Positions 23,966-37,556 of a DNA stretch of 64,000 nt are shown here, one piece after another; positions within the stretch are counted from its first letter, which is position 1, and each line of letters opens with the position of its first letter. The notes beneath the pieces are model-generated. The model saw only the letters and a list, made by a program, of their open reading frames with translations, made no database searches and was not told where the DNA came from. The position numbers were made by a program, and so were the translations under genes. The stretch comes from Callorhinchus milii (lineage: Eukaryota): NCBI RefSeq assembly GCF_018977255.1, contig NW_024704742.1:73410001-73474000 (forward strand), written 5' to 3'.

Positions 23966-24977
23966 TGGATTCAATAGTTGATGCTAATCACAAGCACCCA
24001 GATGTGCCGTGAAGTCAGCCTCATGGCTTTGGACTTTCAGGTCATGGTATTCTGTAAATGGGAAACCAACGTTCTGAGAGTGTGTTTAGTAAAAAGCTGC
24101 CATGCCTGTAAGCAATTGTCAAATCTGAAAGGAGTTCATTCAGTTTATCCAACTGAGAGCAGTATCAAGGTGGAGGAGTCATGGCATTCACATCTGGCTA
24201 CTTTGTGTTGACTAAATATCAAATATACTAAATTATCCTCAATATATTTTAATATGTTTCATTCAGGGAAGATAAACATGCAAACAAAAAGATTGTCACA
24301 GATTTATTCCCTTTTCAATTCCTATCTTTGGCAACATCAACACTCGTGCCCAATGCCAATTGGGATTGTTACCTTCCTCCTCCAGATTTAGACATGTGAG
24401 ACCTAAGTTGAGGTGACTCATTTATGTACAATATGTTAATACCAGAAAGTATTTGACAAAACAATAAGTAATTTAGTGTAATAGGGCAATTGCAATCTGC
24501 CAATGGCCTACTTTTTGACAATCATGGTAAAAGATTGGCTAGAACATAAGAATTTCCATGGTAAAGAATAAAATGTTTTGATCAGAATTTCAGATTAATA
24601 GTTCACTGGAGTTGAACTTCTAGTAGCTACGCATTGCTGAAGTGATTTCAGGATTTTTTCTGGTCCAGCTGTGCAGAGAAATTCCTGGGGATGATGCATT
24701 TCAATTAGTACCATCCAGTGCGGTCAATCGCAGGATGGCACACAAGGGGTCCATTGAGAGGATACTATATAGCTCAATGAGGTTTGGCGCTATAGCATGC
24801 ACACAAGGGGGAGCTTGCAGACCAGGGAGCAGATTCATCAAGTTCACCCAGGAAGCAGAGGTTTATTAGCTTAGGGCATGTGCTCTTTGGTATAGGTTTC
24901 ACATTCTAGGTGTCATTCAGTATTCTGCATCACAAAACCCCTCCCATCTTTGGAAATGTGTGAAAATAGTGCTGAAT

Positions 24978-25244
24978 GATAATAATAATGATCCTTGCAT
25001 TGATATAGAGCATTATCACCTCATTGAGATGTCTCAAAGTGCTTCATAGAAAATATTGTAAATTGACTGTATTTTTTGAGCGAAATGCGGCAGCCAATTG
25101 CGCACAGCATTTTCCCACAAACAGCCGTGGCTTGAGTGACTAAATTATTATTTTTCAAAAAAATTGTTTTTGAAGGGATTAATAACCCCGGAAAGCAATA
25201 CTTACTGCTAGGTAAACAGGTGTGTGGAGTAAGGAAACTTGCCC
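24978..25244 (-). mobile_element. tRNA SINE lacking the head; a further 3' fragment at ~25405-25531
   Basis: Matches the SINE body and tail. Confidence 0.85.
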
Positions 25245-26289
25245 ATTTGAAAGTATCCAATACTGTAAAATTAAGCAAAGTTAGATCTGATCAAAGGAGA
25301 TTTTATTACAATTACGCTAAAAATGAGAAATCCTTTTTTGTTTTTTGATTGTTCCTAACAAGAAAAATAACACAATTACTGGTAATAAAAAATAACATGT
25401 CTTCATAATAATAATAATCCTTACATTTGATATAGCGCTTTATCACGTCTTCGAGATGTCTCAAAGCGCTTCACAGAATATACTGTAAAGTGAATTGACT
25501 GTATATTTTGTGGGCAAAACTTGGCAGCCAGTAATATTAACTGAAATGAAAGCATATCAACTGTTTTGGCTTCTAAAAAATGCTTATTTTAATTGGGGCT
25601 TCTTGTAGGGAGCCAAAGCAACTTCATTTACCCAAATGTAATGGTTCTACAGGGCACCATACTGATGGCCTATACTGGCCAATAATCCTCCTGGTCATTC
25701 ACTTTATGGATGATTTGGGGGTCTCTGCTGTGCCCATATCAGCTGCCAGATTTGCAGACAAAATACAAATACAAATTACGCTTTACAGTAAATTCTCTGA
25801 AGCATTAGAGATGTGCTCCTGATGTAATAAGGCACCATACCAAATGCAGGGATTATTAAATACACCATCTTGTCGGAAAAGATACTCTGGGTCCAAGATA
25901 TTTTTCTCCAGGCACTTCCTTTGGCAGGCTGACCATATGGCTCAGCAATGTTGAAACTGCTACCTGCCTCTGTTCATACCACATATTTACAGCTGTCTAC
26001 TGCCTTGGGTGAGGCCATAGATGTAGGCGAAGGGACGTTTTCTGTACCAGTCTCCACCATGCTTCCTATAGTATCTGTGCTTGCAGGATCAGCACATACA
26101 AATTCCTTTCAGGTGGCACTCTATTTCTCCAGATCTAGCCTTGTCTTCTGCCTGGACGTTTGTGAGGTCTTTGAAATTGACCACACACATTGTACAAAAG
26201 CCTGGGAATGGAGTAAGCACAGGAATAGTGACATAGCTGTTCTGAGCCAATTGTTTCCATATATCTTGAAAGAATCCTATTTTAAATGA

Positions 26290-26570
26290 GATCCTAGGTT
26301 TTATAAAAAGAGAATATGAAAGAAAAAAGGTAATGCTAACCTTATATGAATGATAAGTTAGACGGCAGTTAGAATATTGTGTCCACCACACTTTAGGAAA
26401 GGTCAAGGTACCAGAGGGGGTACAGAGAAGATTTACTTAGATTATACGGAATGAGTTTTTTGGCTGATGAGTGGAGATTCGGGGAACTGGAACTTTGGAA
26501 CAAAGGAGGTTGAGGGATAACCTGATAAAGATCTTTAAAATTATGATGGGTTTTGATAAAGAGACATTAT
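26290..26570 (+). mobile_element. Decayed CR1 3' coding fragment
   Basis: ttagaatattgtgtcca...gtacagagaagatttact...aggaggttgagggataacctgataaagatctttaaaattatg. Confidence 0.7.
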
Positions 26571-26918
26571 TTCTTCAGTCTAATGATGACTAGACTGAGT
26601 CTCTCCTGCTTGGCTCCCGTCAGCATCTTCTCACCTCAGGCACTGGCATTAATTGGATGCACACTCAACCTTGTGGAATTTGTGTGGAAGCTCAAGGTCT
26701 TGTTGAACTCTCAACTGTTCTTTAAAACCCACATTCATGCTTTGAACCACACAGCTTTCCCCCACCTCAGTAACATTGCCTGGTTCTGCCACTACCTCTC
26801 CACATGAGCCCCTGAGACGATAATCCATGCCCAGGCTAGATTACACCAACTCTCTTTTTACCTGGCTAACAGCCTCTTCCCTTCATGAGCTGCAAACTAT
26901 TCAGAATTCCCCACACTG

Positions 26919-27298
26919 ATAATAATAAAAATGATAGTCCTTGCATTTGATATAGTGCCTTTTCACATGTTTGAGATGTCTCAAAGCCTTCACGGAATAT
27001 ACTATAAAGTGAATTGACTGTATATTTTGTGGGCAAAACACAGCAGCCAATTGAGCACTATCTGTGTCCCACAAATAGTCGTGGATTGAATGACCAAATT
27101 ATTATTTTTATTTATTTATTATTTTGATTATTACTCCCAGAAAAGCGATCTGCCAATTGACTAACAACCAGGTTCCTATTTACTACTAGGTAAACAGAGG
27201 CGTGTGGAGTAAGGAAACTTGCCCAACATTTCGCCCTGCCGGGAACTGAACCCAGGTCACTCACTTGTGAGGCAAGTGCTCTAACCACTGAGCTACAG
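26919..27298 (-). mobile_element. tRNA-derived SINE (long subtype), near full length
   Basis: Ends in gtgctctaaccactgagctaca (reverse-complemented A box). Confidence 0.9.
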
Positions 27299-27329
27299 AA
27301 ATCTGAATAGTCTCCAACATACCCGGAAT

Positions 27330-28576
27330 AATTTGGTAAATTATTCCAGTCACGTTGAAACTTACTTTAATTGTTGACAAGATTGAAATCTGTCATGACT
27401 CTATCCCTCCATTCCTCTGCATCCCCTACCTCTCTGACCTCCTATCTCCTCAAAATGCTTTCGTTCCTCCGGGTCTGGCCTCCTCCTTGTCCTCCGAGTC
27501 CTCCGCTCCACACCCTCGGCGGCCATGCCTTCAGCCACTATTCCCCGAGGCTCTGGAACACCCTTCCTCACTCCCTTCGCCTCGCCCACTCTCTTCCTAT
27601 TTTCAGGTTTCTGCTGAAGACCTTTCTTTTCGACCGCGCCTTTGATCACCTTACTCCCCCTCCCCCTGCTCGGCCCCGGGATCCGTTACTGTGAAGCGCT
27701 CTGAAACGCCATCTGGCATGGCTATATAAATCCAAGTTGTTGTTGTTGACTGAAAATGTTGTGGAAGATTTTCATGCTAGCTTTATGTGATGTGCTAAAA
27801 CAATGCTATTGAAAGGATAGGAAATATTAGAATTAGGGAAATACTAGGCTCTGTGAGTCTATCACTCGCATCTTCGCCCAGCCCCACTGGCTTCCCACCA
27901 CTCATCGGATCCAGTTCAAGATGTTCATCCTAATCATGGTCCATAGTTTTGCCCTACCTTACCTCTGCAGGGTCCTCAAACCATACCAACCCGGCCACTC
28001 CCTCTGCACAGCAGGCACCAGCCTGCTTCACCTCACAAAGTCATTACAGTATGATCTATGAAGCAGTTTGAGATGTCTTCCTGTCGTGAAAGGCCCTATG
28101 TCAAATGCAAGAATTATTATTAGTATAAGGTACCTCAGTGCCTTCGCATTCGATACAGCTCAGTTTCAAGTAGAATGAGATTGGAAGTTGCATCAATAAT
28201 CCCCACTTGGATCATGTATTAGCATATTTTTGCTGAGTGGCAAGTATCTTTGAGCTTGAATTCGATAAGTACAACTACAGAATACACAAAGGCCTGGAAT
28301 AAGATTAAAAATGTGAGTGATGCGGATTTATATTTTACCCTTGTCACACAAAGGAGTTTAATGTTTCTACATTAGTTTAGAATATTGTTAACATGGAGAA
28401 AGAAAATTGCCCATATGACAGGATCCTAATATTTCTTATTCTTTCAGTAGCATTGTTTTAGCACATCACACTAAAGCTGGCATGAAAATCTTCCACAACA
28501 TTTTCAGTCATGACAGAGTTCAATGTTGGCAACAATGAAAGTAAATGTCAACGTAACCAGAATAACTTACCAAATT
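27330..28576. repeat. Inverted repeat of ~155 bp: left arm 27330-27400 plus 27747-27830, right arm 28426-28576
   Basis: Right arm reverse complement aligns to both left pieces; left arm split by an L2 3' fragment. Confidence 0.9.
27401..27746 (+). mobile_element. L2 3' end (second subfamily)
   Basis: Tail ggccccgggatccgttactgtgaagcgctctg...tatataaatccaagttgttgtt; TGACT at 27396-27400 and 27747-27751. Confidence 0.88.
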
Positions 28577-29002
28577 CACACTTGAACCAGCAAATGCAGG
28601 AAAGCATTTGTCATTCCCTCAGTTCTTTGGATTTCTTTTTTACTCTTGTGACACAAATAAGTTTAATATTTCTACATTAGTTTAGAATATCATTAACATG
28701 GAGAATGAAAATTGGACTCCTGCTATGCTTTGAAGAGGAAGCAGACTTCCAGGGTATGCGTTAAGATAATCAGCACACCTCACATTGTAAATCTGCTCAT
28801 GCAACACATATTCAAGTAGGTCAACTTGTCACTTTAGTGATCTGCACAGAATAGATTAGTAAGCAAGATGACTCAGCTAACAGTTCCAATTGGTTGCTGG
28901 AGACCTCATGGTGAGATAAGATCAATATTTTATACTAGTATGTCCCAAATGCCATATTTATGGAAATCAGTTACTTCCTTCAAATAGATACTTCTGATTT
29001 CA

Positions 29003-29383
29003 ATTTCAAAATCCTCACCCTTGTATTCAAGTCCCTGCACTCCTCTGCACCCCGGTACCTCTCTGATCTCCTCTCTCCTCAAAACAGTACAAGTTGCCTT
29101 CGTTCCTCCGGGTCTGGCCTCCTCCTTGTCCCCCGAGTTCTCCGCTCCACCCTCGGCGGCCGTACCTTCAGCCACTATGCCCCGAGGCTCTGGAACTCCC
29201 TTCCTCACTCCCTTCGCCTCGCTCTTTCCTATTTTCAGGTCTCTGCTGAAGACCTTTCTTTTCGACCGCGCCTTTGGTCACCTTCCTCCCCCTCCCCCCG
29301 GCTCGGCCCCGGGATCCGTTACTGTAAAGTGTCAGAGACGCCGTCCGGCGTGGCTATATAAATCCAAGTTGTTGTTGTTGTTG
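29003..29383 (+). mobile_element. L2 3' end (second subfamily)
   Basis: FKILTLVFKSLHSSAPRYLSDLL...GGRTFSHYAPRLWNSLP; flanked by ttctgatttca (28992-29002) and ttctgatctca (29384-29394), TSD with one mismatch. Confidence 0.9.
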
Positions 29384-30613
29384 TTCTGATCTCAGCCATT
29401 TGCCTCCTGAGCCCATTCCAGATATTCTCAATCAGCTGGTCTGCTCAAATTACTGCGTGCAGGAACAATGTGCGTTCAGCAGTTTAGAAGACTGCAGAAT
29501 CTCTACTATGAATAATACAATTAAAATATGTTGAAAATAGCTTTTAAAAAACAATGAAAATGTGTTGCATTCTTACATAGATATAAACAGATAACGGTAC
29601 ACATCTCCTTATCACAATCACAAGAGTTTCAGATGAAGAAGGTCCTTTGCCCCACTGGATCTCAAATTTCCAGAATACTCACCTCATTGTTTTTCAATTA
29701 TGGCACCAAGCTGTTTCTTAAATGTATTCAACACCTTGGCCTCTACTAGCTTCGTCATGGCCTATTCCAGATGTTAATTACCTTCTATCTGAGGAAGTAT
29801 TATCTGTCCTAAAATTGACCCTCACATCCCTGAATTTGCCCATTTTTTATGTCAGTTCTTTGGAGGTGATCTAGTCAAATTTTACACTGCTACAGGAATT
29901 CTGGGGTGAATTTTTTAGTCAGCTGGGTGTTGGACATCTGCTTACGCATTTCCCAGCCAGGCTGAGTGCTTCACATATGTATGCCTCCTTCGGATGGAAA
30001 TTTCCCTGTGTATGGAATAGAATGTGTGCTGCCTCCCTGGAGGGATGCCCTCCAGCTAGAGGTAATGAGTTATGCCGCGAGACCCACCCCCAGTATTATT
30101 CCACCATCTGTTAATCTCTCTCATACTTTTAATTCCATCACCCTCCCATTCTTTCTGTGCTCCACCTCAGGTTGCTTTCTTTTTTGAGTTACACATTTAA
30201 AAAGGTAAGAATGTACCAATATTATTTTCTCTATTTTTTAAGAAGCCTTTTCAATGATTTAAATTTTAAAATGTTAGGATAATTGTGTGAGTATTTGTGT
30301 AGCTCTATTCCTCACTAACAATGATAGGCTCAATGGTTTTATAGAATTATTAAAAACTCATTGTGTCATATTGTGTCATATATATTTTTAACAATAAACC
30401 AACAGTGAAATGCCTTGGTGTTTAACAACTGCAATCACAATAAGGAATAAAAAATACATTTCAGATGTGTTTCAAAATCCAGACCCTACTTATGAAAATA
30501 ATTCTTGATTTGCTGGGAGCTTTTCGTGTGATAAATATATCCCAAGCAACACAGTTTGTTATCCTGAGAACAACCACATGATGAGCCTAGTTCATAATGT
30601 TGAGATTTAATTT

Positions 30614-30650
30614 TATATTATATTATATATTATATTATATTATATTATAT
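30614..30650. repeat. (TATAT)n pentanucleotide repeat
   Basis: Seen directly. Confidence 0.95.
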
Positions 30651-31689
30651 TCAGTGCTTATCTTCCCCGTGAAATGATTTCTGAGGCCTGATGTTCTCAC
30701 AGTGAAGTTTAAGGTTATCTTACCTTTAAAGGTCATGAGAATTTTGGAACCTTTTTAAATTAAAATCTAGTTTATCTCAGTTTGTAGAAATTAAGACTGA
30801 ATTTAACAATTTTCCAGAATTCACTTGATGCTAAGTTTAAGTCAATGGTCTCACAGATTGCTACATTTGAATTGTACTTGGTGAGCTGGCTGCTGTTATT
30901 TGTGCTGTAAAGGCAAAGAATGGATTTTGTTGTTTATCTAGCCATTTAGCTGATGGAGAATCTGTGAACCTGCAGGAAGTTTGCAGAAGGAATTAATGTA
31001 AGCCATACATGTTTCATTTTAGGTAACATTGTATGCTTACTAGCTAGAGTTCAGTAATGACCTGTGAGGAAATAGGGAAACTATTGGGAAAGTTGATCTG
31101 TTAGACTATTAATATTTTGGGCGATGTTGCAGCTGAGTATATAAACACTTTTGTGAAGCGTAACATTTTGCAATGGTAAATATCAGCATGTTGTCTACAC
31201 TGTTGTCTTGGTCGTCTTTGTGTTAGCTTCTTGTACCGAGACGCAATTTATAAATAGTGAGTGTAATCGTCAGAACAGCATTTACAATGTTACGGTGATT
31301 ACCAATTATGTCCTGCTGCTTTTTACTGTCTTTTTTGTTTTTTTAAAAACATATTTTTGCTTTAAAAATGACTGCTGATGACATTGTGGTGGAAGTGGGC
31401 TGGAAAAAATATTGAAATTACCACCAATAATGAAATATGTTATTAATTCATTGTGTTTATGTGATTGGTTTAGTTCAACTGTACATTTTTATTATTGTAT
31501 GTTAAGAGATTTTCTTTTTTACAGTATTAATTAATGAATTATGTGAATATACACAGCATTTATCCTGTTCAAAGAACGGCTTGCACTTTGAGAGCAATGC
31601 AGTCAGATGTTATTAAAACGGTGGAGGATATTAAACAATTAACAAGGTCATCTCGGTCATACAGGGAACTAGCAGACTGCAAATCCTAG

Positions 31690-32158
31690 AGGGTGTGTGT
31701 GTAATGAATATTTGAATGCGGGTGAGTGTGTGCGTGTGTGTGTTTGTGAATGTGTATGTTCCACAGATGAGTTTTGTGTGGATGCGGATGCGTGTGTGTG
31801 TGTCTACGTGCACTTCTGTGTGTGTGTGTGCAAAGAAAGGGGAGAGTCAGGGTCTCTTGTCGGTCTGTTGTGTATCTCAATTCAAAGATCCATCATTTAG
31901 TAATGCTCAACAATTTTCTATCAGCTAATCCCCTTGCCCCCATCGTTGTGTTATCACCAATCACTACTGAAACAAAACATGCTAAGTCTAAAATCATTAT
32001 GTCTGTTTTCTGTTTAAAGCACACCCACGGCACCCACAAATCACACACATACTACACACATGCACAAACCACACACACAAGCCAAATACCAGCACAAACT
32101 TCACACACAAACCAAACACACTGCATTCACACAAACCACACACACACACACACACACT
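31690..32158. repeat. Degenerate (TG)n tract (31690-31830) facing a degenerate (CA)n tract (32020-32158)
   Basis: Seen directly. Confidence 0.85.
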
Positions 32159-33929
32159 GGTCTGGATTCGTGAACATGCGTTTGTACATCCAGCGCTTGA
32201 AATCCACCTGGATTGGTTTATTGGAGAGGTAAACAGCTGCTGCTCAAACTCCACACCTCCAATTAGTGGAACCATCACTCAATGGGAAGGGACGTCAGAA
32301 GATTGTTTAGTTATTTAGGACTGACATTTCACTTTAGCTTGTAAGACCATTTTTATCTTAAATTTTGATCTTGAGCTGTGGAAATGTCTTAAATTCAATC
32401 TTAATTTGGAAGTTGATTCTTGTTAGAGAATTGTGGAAAAAACAGGTTGCAAATAAAGAGTAAATTTAAGAAATTCCCAGAATTCTGCATAATCTTATAT
32501 TTTAAAACAAAATAATAATTCTTGCATTTCGTCTGGTAGCTTTCATGTAGAAAGGATGTCTCAAAGCACTTCACAAGATATACTGTAAGGTGGAGTGATT
32601 GTGTATCTTGTAAGTGAATCCAGCAGTCCATTTTTGTACAGCAATGTCCCATAAACAACCATGAAACAAATTACCAATTTTATCTGGGGATTGTTGGGCC
32701 AGGAGACTCGGAGAAACTCTCTTCTCCTTTTGAATTGTGCCTAGGATCTTAGCATTCATCTTAACAGGGACATCATTTTAATATTTCACCCGAAGGGCAG
32801 CACCTCCAACAATGCAGTATACCCTAGCACTACACTGGATACCTGGAGAAACACTGCTTTTTTCAAGTACCATGGGGTCTTCAACATCCACCTAAGCAGG
32901 CAGACAGGACCTTGATTTATTGCCTTAACCACAAAGCAGAACCTCCAACGATGCATTGGCTGCCTCCGAATCTTGTGTTAGTTCATTCTCAGAAGGTAGT
33001 TATTTGTGGCACGACTTGTTTGTGAGGAGCCTTTCTCGGAATTGACTGCCTCTCAAATAAACTCAGTACGTTTAGGTTAACAGCCGTGTTCATTGCATTC
33101 AAACTAGTTATTGTGGTTAAATATTCCAAGGTCATAGTTGTTGATCAGAAGGTTTTTATGGAAGATTCTACTTTCATAAATCCTTTGAAAAAATAAGTTG
33201 CTTAGATCAATCCTATTCTTGCTCAGTGAGCATTCACGATCATGCTTTCATATTATTTCCGTACATCAATTTAACTTGTCAGCAAAAGACAAACTGAGAA
33301 TTGAATTAAATACAAACCTATAACATACACTTTCAAATCATCCTACGGCTTGAAGGTTTGGGTCACAAAGATGACTTTTGAAACATTTTGTGATTTTGTG
33401 CACTGCAGCTCATAAACCTGGATGATATTTTCAAAATCTTTGCTTTGAGAGATGATGCGAATGATGAGTTCAGATAACATTCAGGTCATTGACTTGTCAT
33501 TTGTATGTAAATTGGCCCACATTTGCATCTTTTACTGAATCAGTGCAGGAAAGAGAAAATAACAATTTCAGAGGCAGGTAAAAAGATATGCACAAGAGTA
33601 GTACAACTCATTAATAACCAGGTATATAGAACAAGCAATATAATTCTTTAATATCCAAACCCATATTATATGTCTTTCACGATAAGCTAAACTTAAACAT
33701 AAAGAAGCTGGAGGCTTGCCCTATTTTTACAACTACCATATTATTTACGTAAATTTACAAAGAATGTAGTGTCCATTTTGCTCATGTGTCTATGTCTTCC
33801 TGCATTCTTCTACAACCCACTTCACTGTTTACCACATCATCCAGTGTTCTAACACTTCCATATTCTTTGGAATTGTTTACAATGTTCGATTGCTTAACAA
33901 GTGTGATGGCAAATATCACTACTCATCTG

Positions 33930-34355
33930 AGGGCTCCCTTGATGACTTCACTGTAAAGTGTAAAAAGTAACATTGCTGTGAAATAGACATACAGGAAGTA
34001 CGTGATCAGAACTCTGTGCTGAGTTAGCCAGTCTCAACCAGGGTGACAATAAGGACTAATTGACTTCAGAATTCCTGGAGCAGGTTAGGCTTCCCAATGC
34101 CCACCAGAACCCCTATCAAAAAATGCAAGTATGTAAATATTGGTCAGGAACAGTGATTACAGTTGACTGTGACTTCTGTCACCCCACACCCCCCACACTC
34201 CATGTTCAAATACTTCATCTGTTGTCACTCATTGTGCAGGTCCTCCCACTTGAAGGTGGTCATTCAGAAAAGATAGGTGGCTAATATGTTTGGAAACATA
34301 CCCAAACATGAAAATAACACCTTAAGCAGAAGATGAGGGAAAATTGGAGGGAAAA
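33930..34355 (+). mobile_element. Ancient MamSINE1-like tRNA SINE
   Basis: tctgtgctgagttagccagtctcaaccaggg...ggaaacatacccaaacatg...gagggaaaattggagggaaaa. Confidence 0.55.
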
Positions 34356-34791
34356 TATATTACATAGGACTGTGATTGCATCTTCTCTTGAGTTTTATTT
34401 AGCAAATGTGCCCAACAGTGTATTATCATAGTTATCTTTCAGCATATGTTCCACCATATTTTTGCCAATTAAGCAGCATAAATATTTTACTGCTTGAAAG
34501 ATACTTGAAGTGATTGGTTGCAAGCAACTAAAAGAAAACTCTTAAGCCTTTGTATCATTAGAGTTTAATTGGAAATCTACCACAATCCAATCGAATCAAT
34601 TCTCTGAAAAAATTGGGAAGCAGATAAGCCATTCATCAGTTACTAACTTACCTAGATCCTTGAAATTTGAATAATAGGCCCATTGATCACTGATAAAATC
34701 TCCAATGCAATCGGGGTCTGAGCATTAGCAGTAACAAATCCATCCATTCATTAATACTGTATCATCATTCGCTCTTGTATTACAGGATAAA

Positions 34792-36021
34792 TGGTTTAGC
34801 TCTTACCTTTCCCACCGTCTTCACTTCGTCTCAACGAATGGCTTCTCCTCCACCCCCCGTACTGTCTCATGTGGTGTCCCTCAGGGCTCTGTCCTCGGTC
34901 CCCTCCTCTTCACCCTCTATATGCTCCCCCTCGGTGACATCATCCGCAAACATGGGGTTAACTTCCACATGTATGCGGATGACACCCAACTCTACCTTTC
35001 CTCCTCTACTCTCAACTCCACGACCACCGATGTCCTGACAGCCTGCCTGTCCGACATCGAGTCCTGGACGAGAGACAACTTTCTTCAGCTCAACGTGCGA
35101 AAAACCGAGGCCCTCCTGATTGGCTCACGTCAGCGCCTCCGCACCTCAGGCGCTGACACCATCAGCATCCAAGGCTGCACTCTCCACCTCTCAAAGCCAG
35201 TCAGGAACCTCGGCGTTTTGTTCGACCCTGAGCTGTCCTTTCTCCCTCACATCCGCACCACAACTGGCACCGCCTTCCATCACCTCCGGAATATCGCCAG
35301 ATTACGGCACTACCTCACCCCTCACGCTGCTGAAACCCTGGTTCACGCCTTTGTCACCTCAAGGCTGGACTATGGGAACTCTCTCCTCGCCGGCCTTCCC
35401 GCCACCTCCCTCCACAAGCTGCAGGTCATTCAGAACTCTGCAGCTCGTGTACTGTCCCGCACCAGGCTTCGGGACCACATCACTCCTACCCTCGCTCGCC
35501 TCCACTGGCTCCCCATCCCCCAGAGGATTGATTTCAAGATCCTCATCCTCACCTACAAGGCCATTCACGGCCTTGCTCCCTCCTACCTCTCCAACCTACT
35601 ATCCCCCTACCTACCTGCCCGTACCCTCCGTTCCTCTGGCTCCGGTCTGCTCCACGTCCCCCGCCCCAACCGCCCTACTATCGGTGGTCGGGCCTTCAGC
35701 CTCTCAGCCCCGAGGCTCTGGAACTCCATCCCCCAGTGCCTTCGCCTTGCTTCCTCCCTTTCCTCCTTCAAGGCCGGTCTCAAAACCTTTCTCTTTGACC
35801 GAGCCTTCAGCTCCCCTCTCGACTCTCTTCCTCCTCCTCGCTCCCTCCCTTCCCTCCCCTCACCCTGACCATTTCCCCCCTCCTCTCTCCCTCCCTTCCC
35901 TCCCCTCACCCTGACCATTTCCCCCCTGCTCGGGTCATGACCCAACTGTGCAGCGCCTTGGGACGTCCTCCTGACGTGAAAGGCGCTCTATAAATGGAAT
36001 CTTGTTGTTGTTGTTGTTGTT
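34792..36021 (+). mobile_element. Young 5'-truncated L2 LINE with an uninterrupted RT C-terminal frame (34792-35868)
   Basis: WFSSYLSHR...[13 protein letters not shown]...MYADDTQLY...RAFS with no stops; CpGs retained; (GTT)n tail; TSD GATAAATGGT at 34786-34795 and 36022-36031. Confidence 0.97.
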
Positions 36022-37249
36022 GATAAATGGTGATATTAATGTATGCATACATGTACAAGTTTTGTTTGTCATGTTACAGTACAGAGAGCAAGTGATTCCA
36101 ATATATTAATTGTGCTTTGAGCTTTTGAAGCCACGCAGGAGTGAGGCCTCTCTTAGATAATGAGTTGGACTGGCAGTTATAATAATTCTTACATTTGATA
36201 TACTGTACTGCCTTATAATATCAAAAAGTCTCAAAGCATTTCCCAGGATTTAAATGTTGTATGCAGTTACTATAGATTTTTAGGCAAACAAGCAATCAAT
36301 TTGCACACAAACAGCCAAGAGGGAATGAGGAATTGAATGGCAGGATTTATTGCCCAGGTACCCTACTCTTTTTGAATAGAGGTAAACATTGTTTAACATC
36401 CACCTGAACAAATAGATGAGATCCTGGTTAAACACTTCATCTGAGGATGTCATCTCCAATGATTCAGAGCTTCTCCCAATACTGGAATTTCAGCCTAGTC
36501 CATGAGCTCAAAGTCCCCAACATGGAGACCTGAACCCATAAGTTTCTTACCCAGAAAGCGTGCTACCAACTGGGCCAAGCTGTCAACATGTGTGCCCATG
36601 ATGGAACTAACAATAGCCATGATCTCAGCATGTATGCTGAAGGTCGTATGAACAGTAAGGACACAAGTAGATGTCTGATGTTTGGGATTTCATATTTTCC
36701 CCACAATTATATAAAGGGATATTCTACAGGCTCCTATCATTGCACAGTGCCAACTGGGATGGAATGGATGGATTTAACAAATAGCAGCTAGATTTGAATT
36801 GGTTACTTAATATGATTGTTTCCAGACATTGTGTTACCTATTAGTTTAGTCTGGTTTGTTTATTGGCGGAGGGGAAAGAAAACATTACTGAGTTCCCTGA
36901 TGACCTTATAGGTATTAGATACTATAGGTTGTATGATGTACTGTGGAAATATCCAAATCTAGCCTGTTGTTCTGTACTTTGGATTTGAAAGTGGATTTGG
37001 AATACATAATATCCTTGCATTTGTTATAGTGCATTGGCATATTGTCAAAATATCTCAAAAGAGCTCCACAGTATTTTAATGTAAAGTTTAGTGACTATGT
37101 ATTTTGTAGACCAACACAACACAATGCAGATTTTCACATCAGGAGGACATCCCAAGTAGCTGGATACAATCTAATGTTTGCTGTACAGTGGGGTGGTGGG
37201 GAGTGAAGGGAGCAAAGATGGTCAAAAGAGCGCTCAAAGAGGAATATCT

Positions 37250-37556
37250 TAATAATAATAATTCTTGCATTTGATATAGGCTTTTTATGTCTTCTAGACG
37301 TCTCAAAGCGCTTCACAGAATATACTGTAAAGTGAATTGACTGTATATTTGTGGGCGAACGCAGCAGCCAATTGTGCACAGCAATGTCCCACAAACAGTC
37401 GTGGATTGAAAATGACCAATTTATTATTGTTTTGTTTTTTGGAGGGATTATTATTGGGCGTGTATATTAAGGAAACTTACCCAAAGTTTCGCCCTGCCTG
37501 GAATTGAACTCAGGTCTCTCGCTTGAGAGGTGAATGCTCTAACCACTTTGCTACAG
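37250..37556 (-). mobile_element. tRNA-derived SINE (short subtype)
   Basis: Full head, body and tail; flanked by L2 3' remnants. Confidence 0.9.

Noticed and set aside
34921..35868. 315-aa RT ORF as a domesticated gene or retron/DGR-type RT
   Set aside because: 5'-truncated, bounded by a TSD, has an L2 tail and many decayed paralogues in the window; ordinary young L2
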